Shown here in pieces: positions 40,862 through 52,518 of a stretch of 64,000 nucleotides of DNA. The notes beneath the pieces are model-generated. The model saw only the letters and a program-made list of their open reading frames with translations, did no database searches and was not told where the DNA came from. This stretch comes from Microthyrium microscopicum (lineage: Eukaryota), in assembly GCA_010405405.1 (NCBI GenBank), contig MU004230.1, forward strand, positions 3,320,627-3,384,626, read 5' to 3'. Position numbers and translations under genes: made by a program. The number at the start of each line of letters is the position of its first letter. The first letter of the stretch is position 1.

Positions 40862-42018
40862 ATGCGTAGCTTTACCCAAATGGCGCTTTATTTGAATGTC
40901 TTTCCCAGCCATATCTTCGCGGAGGCATCTAGCGCCGGCCTTGGACTTCAGGTCCCGCAACCAACTATGAATCAGACAGCAATCTCGCAAGGACCATGCG
41001 GTAGTCAGATAATCAATTGGCAAGATAATGCACTGGCTTGGTTCTCTGTAGGAGGCGATACTGTGTCTTTTAGCGTACAGTCATCCCAGGCGGCGGTAGA
41101 TGTAGTTGTGCGTGGAACGGTAGATGCTGTGGGAAAGAATTGGACCACAATCGCAGGGCCGCTGCGTTTGAAGCTGGATTCCAGCGGAAATACTACAGTG
41201 TGTGCTTTGGCAAATGGCACAGACAAGGGATGGATACCTGAAGGTTACGGAACGATTCAGATAATTGCTGCCACAGAAGTTGGGCTTCTATATTCGGTAT
41301 GATTCCAACCACTGTGCCCGAAACAAGTGCGAGCTGATGTGGATAGTGTGCAGCAGTAAAATTTCGGCAGGAACGCAACGACCGAATGCCTTGGCCATGT
41401 AGAGGCTCAATTTCAGATGGTTATGATGTAACTCAGGGAGAAATAGAAGCGGACTCCACGTTTACTGGCTTCCAAAATATTCCCGACAATGGCTATCAAT
41501 CAACCGGTGCCTTACTCACACCTCCAGGTATGCCAACGATCATGAGCGCTCTATCAAGCTAATGAAACCTAGATCGAAACGGTACTTTTGACCCGAGTCC
41601 CATAATAGGAAAAGCCGCGACTGGAAGAACCCTCATGATCGTATTTGCGACCGTGGGCGGCTTCGCACTTGTATTTGCGTGCCTCTGCGCCGGCTGGACA
41701 GCCTGTGTATACAGAAGAAACCGGAGAGGTCACGGTCAGCTTGATGATGTCGCTATACAACAAGGACAGGCCCTCAGAGAAGCACGAAACCCTACTACGA
41801 ACACTCCAGCTGGTGAATACTACGCTCCACAGAATAGTCAAGGCATCGAGTTTTACGCTCCGAGACTATCGCCGAGACAAGTAACGACAGCGCCGTCTGG
41901 TACAGCAGCTCAGCAAGATTCAAATGCGGCTCTTTCTGGACCGTCAAACCAAGAAAGCCCAACTCGTTTCTCGCAGTTCAACTTCTTGAGAAGATGGAAG
42001 CCGGCTCATAACTCTTGA
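40862..42018 (+). CDS. BIM1/X325 (LPMO-like) fold ectodomain fused to a transmembrane helix and cytosolic tail
   Basis: Exons 40862-41296, 41347-41527 and 41573-42018. GPCG...FSVGGDTV...RGTVD..KNWT...VC...GTIQII...GLLYSCAAVKF pattern, followed by TM segment LMIVFATVGGFALVFACLCAGWTACVY and RRNRR. Confidence 0.65.
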
Positions 42019-42982
42019 CCAATATCGCCCGTTCCCTTTAAAAACGATCCACATAAACGAACTCCATAGCTTTAGTTGTCTGGAGAAACCAATCAATGCT
42101 TGACTGGAATACCTACCTAGTTTCGGCCCATGTAGCAGGCTCACAACTGATCAAAAAACTAAATGGCGCGCTCCGATCGATTGTGGCGTCTACCATCGTA
42201 CCTAATAAGGAGTGTAGAGCATACTCTCTGATTCACACCGTCTTCGATATTTCACAACAGGCTGTTGCGGAACTCTGGAGAAATAATGTAATCGATAACA
42301 GAGCATTCCTAAAGAAAGCCACAGAAGCTGATGAGAGCACGTTACTCATCCGGTCTATTGGAAGCTTTACATTCGAAGACCAAAGTGATGCCTGTGTATA
42401 ATTGGAGGAAGCACAAGGTCTGCAAAGGTGCTTAGCTATTTGCCCTAGGGAGTATATTTACAACAGCTATGAAGTAGCTAGATTGGGTAGCCTTTTGATA
42501 ATGCACTCAATGCAATCGTGTCATAGCAAAATATCTTGGGGGGATAGGTACTGACTGGTAGAAGCAGTCAAACTCAGTGTGAAGCTTATACACGGGCTGC
42601 GCAACGCGTCCTCCGAATATATCGCTCCTCCGATGAGCTTGAGTCTTCAATCAAAGCATACAGATGCAGCTATCTTATAAGATGAGCCCCAGCATCACCA
42701 ATGGCCATGACTCTGAAGCTGTCCTCCATAACTTCATCTCATGTAGTACAAGCAGCGATGCAACCACAACCATCGCCTTCCTCAGTCCCATATCCCTAAT
42801 CCTGTAGCTGCGCCTACTGTTCCACGCCCTTCAAAGACAAAGCAGGATCATATATATCATGTTCTCCATAATTCATGCTATAAATATTGTCGTCTCGTTT
42901 CTTTCCCGTAGTCTTCGGCACATGTGCAACAAACAAATAATCAATACTTCAGGTAAGTAAAACACAAACAGCGCAATGGACT

Positions 42983-45235
42983 CTATCGTTTGGAGTATTT
43001 CTGAGCGGTGACGACTCCAGCGATGAAGATCATCACCCCTGGTAGCCCATAAAGAAGGCCGATCATGAGGAGGAAAGCGATTATAAACAAGGTATGCGCT
43101 CCTATGTTGTGTTGAGGCTCCAAAATGGTCTGTTGGCCTTCAACAACACCAGGTAACTCATCATCTAGTGAGAGCTCCTCTTCGTCGTGAGGTTGATTTC
43201 GTTCGACTGAACGATTGCGAGCATATACAGCGTCAACAAATTCAGGTCCAATGAGAATTTCGCACAGGACTTTTGTCGTCATTTGGTCCCAACTCTCTTG
43301 CTCATCAACGGCTGACTCAATGGCTGCTTCTAATTGATGTGCAACGACTTGGCCGAGCTCAATGCTCTCGGAGGACTCAAGTTCATTGATTTCATCAACA
43401 TCAGCATTGAGGATTGGAATCGCCTCAGATTCGACAAGCGGCTCCATCAAAGTTGTTCCATCCGCAGAGTCTGAAGTGCCCATGGGAACTACCGAAATAG
43501 GTTCATCAGAGTCCTGGCTGGCCATACTTGGCTGAGTAGGGTCGCCTAAGGGGACAGAAGACGACTCCTTTTCGTCTTCGGTCACTGGGCTGACTTCAGT
43601 AGTTGCTTTCGCTCCTTCGAGACCCGACACTCTATCAACCAGATGATCTCCGTAGATAAGAGCTGGAGAAGGGGTCTGCAAGAGTGGCTTCACAAGGGGC
43701 GACTCCTCTTCAATACCAAAAGCTGTGGATGTATCTGCTGCTGCCGTAGTATCTTCTGCAACAGTATATTTTGGTAACAATGAATCTTCAGTCTTCTCAA
43801 TGTTATCCACATCCTCAAAAGTAGAGACAACAGGTTCGGCTTCTGTGTCAATTTCGTGTCCGTGAGCCGAATCGGTCTCCACGTCAGTTTCTTCGTTAGG
43901 CATGACTGTAACTTTGTGGCCTAGAAGTGATTCATCATCTTTCGACGATTGCGCGGGGGTGTATAAAGATGATAACGGCGAGGTTGAGGGACTTGACTCA
44001 AAGGAGTCGACGACTGCCTCCTTCTTGGGAGGAGTTGACCAAGATGCTTCAGGGGTGTCCTGAACAAGCTCCTCTTTGTACAGCGCATCTAAACCATCGA
44101 TTGAGAAGTCATCCCCAGTATCAATGGCACTATATTCTTTTGTAACTGTCTCCTCGGCGGTTTCCGTCTCGTCAGTTCCAGAAAGGGGCTGTGGAACAGC
44201 CATTGGCTCCAAGAGGAGCGGTGGGTCGGGAAGCGAGTCGCCAACAAGGCTGTATGAGCCATAAACGGGCGCAACGGAATAAGAAGCGCTTGTTTCCTCT
44301 TCTACGTTGGAACAGTCGCTATAGTTCTCTGTTGGTTGAGTTGCGACCTGTTCTGAATATGCGAGAGTACGAGGGGACTCGACTGCTTCGTTTGATGGCT
44401 CTGAAGAGTCGGATAGAATCTCCTGAGGCTCTGGGTTACCAGCTACGTGGATCTTATCGCCATTGGAATCGGTAATGGAGACTTCTAATTTCTGCTCTCG
44501 CACCATTTGCCGCTTAGCCTTACGAGACTTGCTTTTGTCCTTGCGCATACGAGAGAACAAGGCTTGAGCCTCAGGGGCCTCAGCTTGTACTTGAACACGC
44601 GCAACGTTGGGTTTCGCTTGCTTTGCATCCTTGATGGCAGCTTTTGGGGCCTTAGTGGGCTCTGATTTAACAGCTTGTGGGGTGACAGACACTGGCTTCG
44701 CCTTAGATTCCTTCGACTTCGGTTCATTTGGGAGCTTTGGCTTTTGCGACTTCTTTGAAGAACCTAACTTCTCAAGAACTACATGCGGCTCACGGTGTTC
44801 TTGTCGGAGCTCAGCGACGTCTTTGCGCATAGGTATGACATCCTTCATAAGCTTCAAAGACGAGGTGCGAGTTTTGGATAATATCTTTGGCAATTCGTGG
44901 AAAGGCGAGCGCTGTTCTGAGTGGCGAACAGACGACTTATGTTGGCTAGTGACAGCAGCAGTGGGCTTGGCCTGCTGGGGAAGCTCTTTTTTGCCCAATG
45001 CAGCAGCATAGGATTGTTCTTTCCGATAAAAGGAGGGCTCTTCAGCGGGTGCTTTTGCAAAATCGCAGTCCATGGACTGATTAACTTCAAGTGATGGTTC
45101 TGGAGTATGACTCGGAATCATCATTTGAGGAAGATTTGGTTTTTGTTGCCCTCGGCCATTGCCACGTTTTGCAGGTTTGATGTAGTCAACCAAAGAACAA
45201 GTTGTCGATGGCGCGGTGAAATGAGTTGATTGCAT
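42983..45235 (-). CDS. Uncharacterised ~750-aa disordered protein, basic then acidic, with a C-terminal hydrophobic anchor
   Basis: Long intronless ORF with first ATG at 45235. C-terminus LFIIAFLLMIGLLYGLPGVMIFIAGVVTAQKYSKR. Confidence 0.75.
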   Translation of the reverse strand: MQSTHFTAPSTTCSLVDYIKPAKRGNGRGQQKPNLPQMMIPSHTPEPSLEVNQSMDCDFAKAPAEEPSFYRKEQSYAAALGKKELPQQAKPTAAVTSQHKSSVRHSEQRSPFHELPKILSKTRTSSLKLMKDVIPMRKDVAELRQEHREPHVVLEKLGSSKKSQKPKLPNEPKSKESKAKPVSVTPQAVKSEPTKAPKAAIKDAKQAKPNVARVQVQAEAPEAQALFSRMRKDKSKSRKAKRQMVREQKLEVSITDSNGDKIHVAGNPEPQEILSDSSEPSNEAVESPRTLAYSEQVATQPTENYSDCSNVEEETSASYSVAPVYGSYSLVGDSLPDPPLLLEPMAVPQPLSGTDETETAEETVTKEYSAIDTGDDFSIDGLDALYKEELVQDTPEASWSTPPKKEAVVDSFESSPSTSPLSSLYTPAQSSKDDESLLGHKVTVMPNEETDVETDSAHGHEIDTEAEPVVSTFEDVDNIEKTEDSLLPKYTVAEDTTAAADTSTAFGIEEESPLVKPLLQTPSPALIYGDHLVDRVSGLEGAKATTEVSPVTEDEKESSSVPLGDPTQPSMASQDSDEPISVVPMGTSDSADGTTLMEPLVESEAIPILNADVDEINELESSESIELGQVVAHQLEAAIESAVDEQESWDQMTTKVLCEILIGPEFVDAVYARNRSVERNQPHDEEELSLDDELPGVVEGQQTILEPQHNIGAHTLFIIAFLLMIGLLYGLPGVMIFIAGVVTAQKYSKR

Positions 45236-47364
45236 CTTGGAATTGCGCTGAGTAGATATAGAGACGGTGATCAACAGATTGCGAGAGAGCTGGTATCTCA
45301 GTTGGAGAATAGTTGGGAAAAGCAATCTGGTCGCGAAGAGCAACGAGGAGATGAGCTGGGAGTGGACTATCAGCAAATGTTTCTATCGCGCTAGAAGGAG
45401 TTTTGTACTAGCAATGAAAAATTGCTTGGAAAGCTGGGTCAAAAACCTGGTGCTGAGGCAGAGATGTGGTGGAGAGACAATGATGGTTGAAGACGGTGTT
45501 TCGCTGTCGGGTTTTGAGACGTGGAAAAGCTGGAGGGAAGAAAGACAGAAAATCAAACATCTCGGAAACTTAAAAGGCAGAAGACATCATCTCCAGTGAC
45601 AAGAGCGCGGCTGGTGTGCTCGAGGCATAGAGGTAGACAGCAGTGACTTTCTTTCACTTAACTTCCAGATCGGGAAAATTGAGTGCCTTTTGAACACCAC
45701 AACAAACGGTCACCTATATCCGGTGACCCTCTCTGGTAGGTGTCGGCTCTCCATAGCAATATCATTCCGTGACCGTAAACGCGACAAATGGCCGATGCGG
45801 CTAATGAATGTCCTCTCTTCGTTGCATAACTTTCAAAAGTTCTGGGACAAGATCATTTTGTAGCATATCAGCCATCTTGTCTTGAAGGCAATAGCAAAAG
45901 GCAGAGTTAAGAGCGAAAGGAATTCGATATATAACGTCTTCCATATGCTGTAATGTGGTATAAATACCTACCTAGAAGGGCAGATATACTAGCATGGCCC
46001 TGGCGTTGGCCGAGAGTAGTCAGTTTTCTAGCTTGTAATATGGCGGAGAGAAATAATAACGCAGTTTTGCACCTCTATACGACATTGGACTGTAATAAGA
46101 ACGTTCCGTTGAAGGCGATGTAGCGACAAGAAACGAGGTGCCTTTCCATCGAAGATGATGGCTTCCCTCAACGCTACTGAACAGAAGATGCTATATACCC
46201 CATGGTACTCGGTTTCGTATCTTCACTTTGGCATCTTGTTGAAAATAAAACAAAAGTATACAGAGTGGTACCGCGTAGCATATGGTAGTCATGGCGCTTA
46301 ACAGGAGCGTGCATGCATTTTGCCAACGGACTCTCATTAGTGAGAGCGGCTGATCATTCATTGGCAGTTCCTGAAGACCTCTAGAAACGTTATGTCTCCT
46401 CGAACTTGATGGCTACCGCAGTACTCGATCAGACACGAAATCTACGGGGGTCATCGAGTGCAGTGGAGCATGGATGCTTTGGCTTCCTCGATCTTTCGCC
46501 ACAGGAGGTGACTTGACGTAGAGAAATCTTATCGTGAACTAGTCTCATACACCAACTTTCCATTATTGAAACCTCTAGACCTAGGACTTGGGGCTCCCTA
46601 GTGCAGTGAGAAGTGATATGCTCAACTCAGGCTGAAAAGACAACAAAAATTTTGATCTCGATATATATCAACATCTGACCGGTAATAGCTATTCAAGCTT
46701 CAGGGAAATGGTTAAAATGAACTTCTTTTGAGTAAGGCCGTATTTGTTAATCGGACAATGATTAACATTGTTGTTTCAGGACAGTTACTTGTAACCAACA
46801 TGCGCATTGTTACTCTTCGTTAGAGCACTAGTAGCGTGCAAGAAACCAAGATATGATATGCTATAGTGGGATAGATAGTACATGTTCTACGAAAACGAGA
46901 GCTTTAGTATGACTATGAAGTCAGTATCTCAGATGTGGTTATATTGCGAGTCGTGGGTAAAGACCTGTTGTTTAGGCCAAAGTTTGGGTACAAACTTCTC
47001 GGAAAGTCAGTTGTTAGGTTGTTTTTGACATCCTACCTAGAGTCTGATCAAAGAAGCCTTGACATCAAGTCCACTTCAGGAGGTAATTGCTCTGAACGCG
47101 ATACTGCCGAGATTACTTCACATCTTTCAAATATCAGACCAAGCGCAGGCCATGGTCTCAAGCAACAATGAAGTGATTGAGTGGTTTTGCTCTATCTGCA
47201 ATTCCCTAAAGGCCTCTACAAAAAATCTGGAACTCGCGAAGCAATTCCAGATTTGTTTATACCGGTAGTAGGCCATTCTTGTAGAACCTCGAAGGTATCC
47301 AATAAAACTTACAATGTGGGTACAACAAAAGCCACATCGTGTCTTTACATAATCCGAACAAGAA

Positions 47365-48545
47365 TCATTCCTGAAAAGTACCATCCATCCACAGCATTAA
47401 GCGCTTACCCAATTCTTGTTTGACTTCATCTCCATCATGGAACTTTGCCCGATCCTTTCCTAGTGATGCTTCCAAATCTTTCATCAACATCGGAGCATGC
47501 TTGAAGCCCACAGTCTGGGTGGCGATCCATTTGATCTGGAATGCGTGACTATTTTTCCAGCCAAGGCGCGGATACCAGCTAGGCTTTCTCCACACCTTAT
47601 GGGGAGCTTCTGTCAGTTGTGCCTAGGCAGGTATAAGCAGATGGAAGGATTGTGCTATAAGTGAAAACTCACATAACCCTGAAAGCCACCGCTTCTTTTG
47701 ACGTGGAAGATGAGCACTACTTGACCTTGATAGTAATAGGCTTTTTCTAGCTCTTTCTCAAAAGCTTTGCGAGTGACCCAGCTATTTTCGTTCTGCGCTA
47801 TGCAAACAGCATCTTCGAGATAATCAGGTATTGTCATGATGAAGAAAGAGAACGGTCCTGCACGTGGGTTTAGTACTTGCCTTACTGTGGCGATAAGCGA
47901 AAGCCTCCACTCACCTTTAAGCTTGAGGGATTCCAAGAGTGTTTCACGCTGTCGAATTTGTGTTTGCCGCATGGTCTCTGGTGAGGCAGATCGTCGGCGA
48001 ATTCGTCCGGGTCCTCGTGGAGCAATAATCTTGGATCTTGCGATGCCGACTTGTGAAGATGCTGTATTAGCATGGATGAGCTGGAGATCTCGATTTTTAT
48101 CGCCATCGCTCGTTATGGATGGGTCAAGAAGTCTCAATGGAAGACTCTCGACTTGTTGACTTTGGTTAAGATCATTCAACTTTTCTTTCAAGTTTTGGAT
48201 CTTTTCTTTTTCTAGCGTAAGCTGTGTTGTATAGTATTCGATTTGTCGCGCGCAATGGTTATGATTTGCTTCGGCCTCCAATTTAGCTTCTATAAGCCCG
48301 GCTCGTCGCGCGGCGATTTCATCGCGTGGCTTTTGAACTTGATGCTTTTCCGGCTGTCTTCCGCGCCGAGTAGGCTTCTTTTGAGAATCGCGAGCGCTTG
48401 ACGATTGGATTAGTTGGACTCGATCTGGATGAACGGCCTCTGGCTTGACGCGCAGCGCAACCGTGAGACTCGTTTCGCTAGCCAATGGAGCAACGGCATC
48501 GGTTGTGATGTAATCTTGAGCGTGCTCAGAATGACGATCCGACAT
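47365..48545 (-). CDS. Diverged YTH-domain protein (paralog B, ~376 aa) with an N-terminal coiled coil
   Basis: Exons 48545-47673 and 47622-47365. SFFIMT...NSWVTR...LEKAY...VVLIFHVKRSGGFQGY|AQL...PSWY...FQIKWI...DGDEVKQELGKRL matches the YTH domain. Confidence 0.8.
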
Positions 48546-49776
48546 GTTGATGGATCAACTTCGATGTCAGTAACTTTTGAAGCAAGTGGAAATTCGAAAG
48601 TGAAGGTTGAAGTGGGAATACGACAAAGTTCAGGTCAACATCAAGAGGTGTAAAGGAACGAAGAGGCCTAAAGAGTCAAGAGGCGTAAAGTGCGGAATCA
48701 AAGTGCAATAAGCCAGCCTCGATATCTAATAGCAAGCACGTAAAGTGAAAGCGAAGGAAGATGACTTCAATTAGGAGGCAAGTGCTCGGGTTGTTCTTCT
48801 GTTCCTGCCTCAATTTGCTCAAACCCATGATTATTTGGAAGGTGCCTAGCGAGCTGCTGATAGACCGCTTCTGATTGGCTGACTGGCCATAAGGCTGAAT
48901 AAAATGCCACCATTCCTGTTTCTGACACATCTCTTTGGATACTATTATATCAAAAACAACTGCTTTATAACTGAACACTCATGAGAATTAGTTTTTGAGG
49001 CAGGCTTTTTCTCACGAGTACACCAATTATTGGTCAAATGTCAAATACTAGTAGCGAGAATGGTGTTCCCACACCATGATATAGAAGAACTTAACGCGAA
49101 CATTATTTTCTTTATGTAGCCAGTTGAGGAGTACACAAGTTCTGAACAGAGGCTAGCCCTCGGGAAGAGCAGTTGTTGTCATCGAAGTCTAGCACCAAGT
49201 TCCTGGCGATTAGATCACAAAAGCCATTCTATCTAGTCTACACGTGTGATTCAAATAGATCCCAAGACTCGGTCATCCAGTCCTTTTAGGCATGATACCT
49301 GTAGTCCCAGCCACGGGTTAGTGCCACTCTCAAGGCGTTACGAGACACCAACTCCATTTTTGCCTCAAAGAGGTATAAAGACGAAGCGAAGGGCGAGGCT
49401 CGCACAGAAGATGTTTGAAATTGTTAGCTTACACCATGAGATAAGTTTCTATGAGGCAACCTTATTGCTCTTTGAAAAAGAATATGCTTGGATTTTATAT
49501 GTCAACAGCTTTGAATACATCTGTAGCGAAGCGTTCAATTTGATTTAGTCAACATATTCTACAGTCCCAATATGGTCTCTGCAAGAACTTTGCGTACCAA
49601 GTACCTAACTCAGCTGCTTCACATCTAAGACTATCGCTTCCCCTCCTTTGCAGCTTCATAATGACAAGTAATTGGAGATAAAAATGTGTTCCAGGCTCGA
49701 GCCTCTCATGCCCTCCTCCTACAATCCGGGGGCCTGGAGGAACAAATGACTGGCGGTTCCTATGATTTGTCAAGGA

Positions 49777-49898
49777 GCTTCTGACAATTCGACATCCAGA
49801 AATATGACAAATCTGGGAAACGATACTGTCGGAAGCGTCCTGATAACAACTCGACATCCAGAAATGTAACAAGTCTGGGAAACGGTTTGTCAGAAGCG
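49777..49898. repeat. Diverged ~62-bp tandem duplication bounded by an 11-bp inverted repeat
   Basis: ACAA(T/C)TCGACATCCAGAAAT...TCTGGGAAACG...TGTC(G/A)GAAGCG at 49784 and 49846. GCTTCTGACAA (49777) pairs with TTGTCAGAAGC (49887). Confidence 0.75.
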
Positions 49899-50058
49899 CT
49901 CTCATAGACAGCAGTGTTCGTGCCGCTTGGCTCTGATTATTGTTTTGGACATATGTCGCTCAGCCTATAGCCGATTGTTGCCCGAAACCTTTGAGATATA
50001 CCGATGGAATGTTATAACGATGTATAATGATAATGGCCCCACTGGTCGCTCGGAAGTT

Positions 50059-52518
50059 TCACTTCCGTAGCAGATACGTTCCGGCAGTGAAGAAACCTAG
50101 CAGAATGACACCACCACCACCGCCTGCCATATAAGCCAATGCAGTTGCGGCTGCAGCCCCGAGGTATGGGTGATTTGAGGCTGCAGGAACCTCATTCGGA
50201 CTATCCGACTCATTGGACTCATCAAAAAGAGCTTTATTTTGCTCTTCAAGTCCATTGGTGTGCAGCACGGCGGGTGTCTCGTTGGCCGGGCGTGGGTTTT
50301 GCGCTGGCACAGTAATATTCTGGCGGGAAGTGGTAGCTGCAGAGACTTCTGGGAAGCATATTGTGCAGTTTATTCCACAATACAGATCATGGTCTGGGTT
50401 CACATCAGCGACTTCAGCTTGTCCATTACCAGTTTGAGCGCGAGGAACCTGTGCAGCTCCTGTCGCTGCGTTTGAAGAAGGTCGAGTTACTGGCAGCATT
50501 TGGGCCATAGCCTCCCCACCTCCAACTGCCGCGGGTTGTTTAGAAGTAATACCGTCCTTGGTCGGAGCTTTATATTCCGACAGGGTGCCTGTAGTAGGTA
50601 ATGAAGCTGGGACGGGGCCTGACAAAGTAGGCTCGATGGCTTGAATCACGGTATTATCATCATGAGTAAATTTATCCGGCATCTCCAGCTGACGATCTTG
50701 GTCGCTTTCCGCCTCGGTTTGCGGATTCATCTTCTCTTCTTCTTGTGGATATGGGGCCTTTTGATCGTTACCACTCAAAGTATTGACGTCTGCTTGCGCA
50801 ATGGTCATGTCTGGGCTGACTGCTTCAACAATGTCGACAGCCGCGTCCGGTTGAACGTTCATACCAACAAATGAAGCCGATGGCCGCAGGGTATGGAAAG
50901 TATTTGAGGGTATAGGATATACAGGGCTCGATGGAGTGAAAAGCTTTAGCAATTCTTGAGCCTGCGGAGATATAACAACGGCATTGATAAGTTGGGGAGA
51001 GTCGCTAGTGGGGGTGGCAGTATTGCTCTCCAAGGTAATAATTTCTTCCATAATGTAAGAAGGGAAAGGGTCAATCAAGCAGGGTGGCTCCATAGCGGGA
51101 AGAATCTGGGAGATAGACGATAGCAGCTTTGGCGAGTATTCCAAGGCCTTCTTCTCATCTTGTTCTTCTACAACCATGATATGGTCCGCGTCCTTGCTTG
51201 ATTCGACATCTGCGTTACTTAGACCTTCTGATAGAGTCTCTGGAAAGTAGTAGTTGAAGTTGCTACGGTTCATGCTATGATAAAACTTCTAGTCTTCATA
51301 GCTATGAGCTTTTCCTTCCTGACAGAAGTGACAATCTGGTGAGGGGTTCTCAAACTCAATGATGCATCCAAGCTTTTCATTCACGCCCAAATCATGAGAG
51401 GTATATGGAAATCCACAAGCATGGCATCTAGCTACAGCGCCAGACGAGGAAAATACAACCGCATGGACGGACTTGGAACGTTTCCGAAAGGCCGGTCGCT
51501 TCAACTCGTGGCTGCCATGGCCGAGAGATAGAGTGGTATGTGAGGAGTCCTCGGAGAGCAACGAGCACTCCGAGGGAGTCTCGTCAGTGGTTACCGAGCT
51601 ACTCGATTCTCGAGACTTTCGGCGATTCTCGCGTTGGCGCTCTCGTTTTTTATGTCCACGTTTGAAGCTTTTCTGCTCAGTAGCGATTTCTTGATTTGAA
51701 ATCTGGCTATCCACAGTCGGAGCTGAAGCAGCTGGAACTTCCAAGACCGGCTCTGAATGCGACGCATCTTGCGACGTGGAAAGTTCTAGCAGTGGCTGGG
51801 AAAGGTTACCGCGGCCAGTATTGTCACAATTCGAAGCAAGACCATCATTCTTGTGCTGATCTGACTGGACGGGAGAACCAGTGGCTGAAGGCTTTGAAGA
51901 TTGTGAATCTTGGGGGGCAGCCTTACTAGAAGCTCTATCCAAGCGACCTCGATCAGTTTTGCGTAGCTTCCGAGTAGATCGAGGCTTATGTGCTTCTGAA
52001 GACTCAACATTATCTGACGTGCTGGCAGGTGATGCCCACCGAGAAGATTGCAGGCCATCAGAAGGAGTTGGAGTTGGATCTGCAGCCCATCTAGAAGTTG
52101 CAAGTCCACCCAGCTTAGAGAAGACTTTTGGAGATGACTTAGCAATTGGCGAAGGAGCGGTACCACCGAGCAAATCAGTCTCTGAGAGATCCTCGCGCTG
52201 AGGCTGGGGTATCGCTTTAGGTGGCTGCACTAAGTGCAGTATGCTTGTGCCAGGAGCAAAGCGTGAGTTTGAAGCGCGCGGAGGACGTGAAGCTTCAGCT
52301 TGTTCGTCTTTGAGCGATGGAGCTTTTGCTCCCACTGGCACTCGCAGCAAGTCCATCAAGGCCGGGCAAGGGGCGAAAGAAGAATGTGCAAGTGGCTGAG
52401 AAGGCAGAGCCACGTCGGAATGTGCAACTCGATAGGTATCGACTGCCTCGTCCATTTCAACAGCTCGGCAGCCATTCAAATCCAGAGAGTAGTAGTCGAC
52501 GGTATTTTGAGGAGCCAT
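50059..52518 (-). CDS. Uncharacterised 819-codon disordered, tail-anchored protein interrupted by one in-frame TAG at 51289-51291 (edited/readthrough gene or pseudogene)
   Basis: The ORFs 51289-52518 and 50059-51273 share a frame and are joined by GAC TAG AAG TTT TAT CAT AGC ATG. CxxC pairs are present, and the C-terminus is hydrophobic (YLGAAAATALAYMAGGGGGVILLGFFTAGTYLLRK). Confidence 0.7.

Noticed and set aside
47038..47360. Plus-strand protein-like stretch with tandem TAG TAG at ~47266, reminiscent of an edited PUK1-type site
   Set aside because: Extra stops including TGA lie just upstream in the same frame and there is no good start. It is more likely decayed or non-coding.
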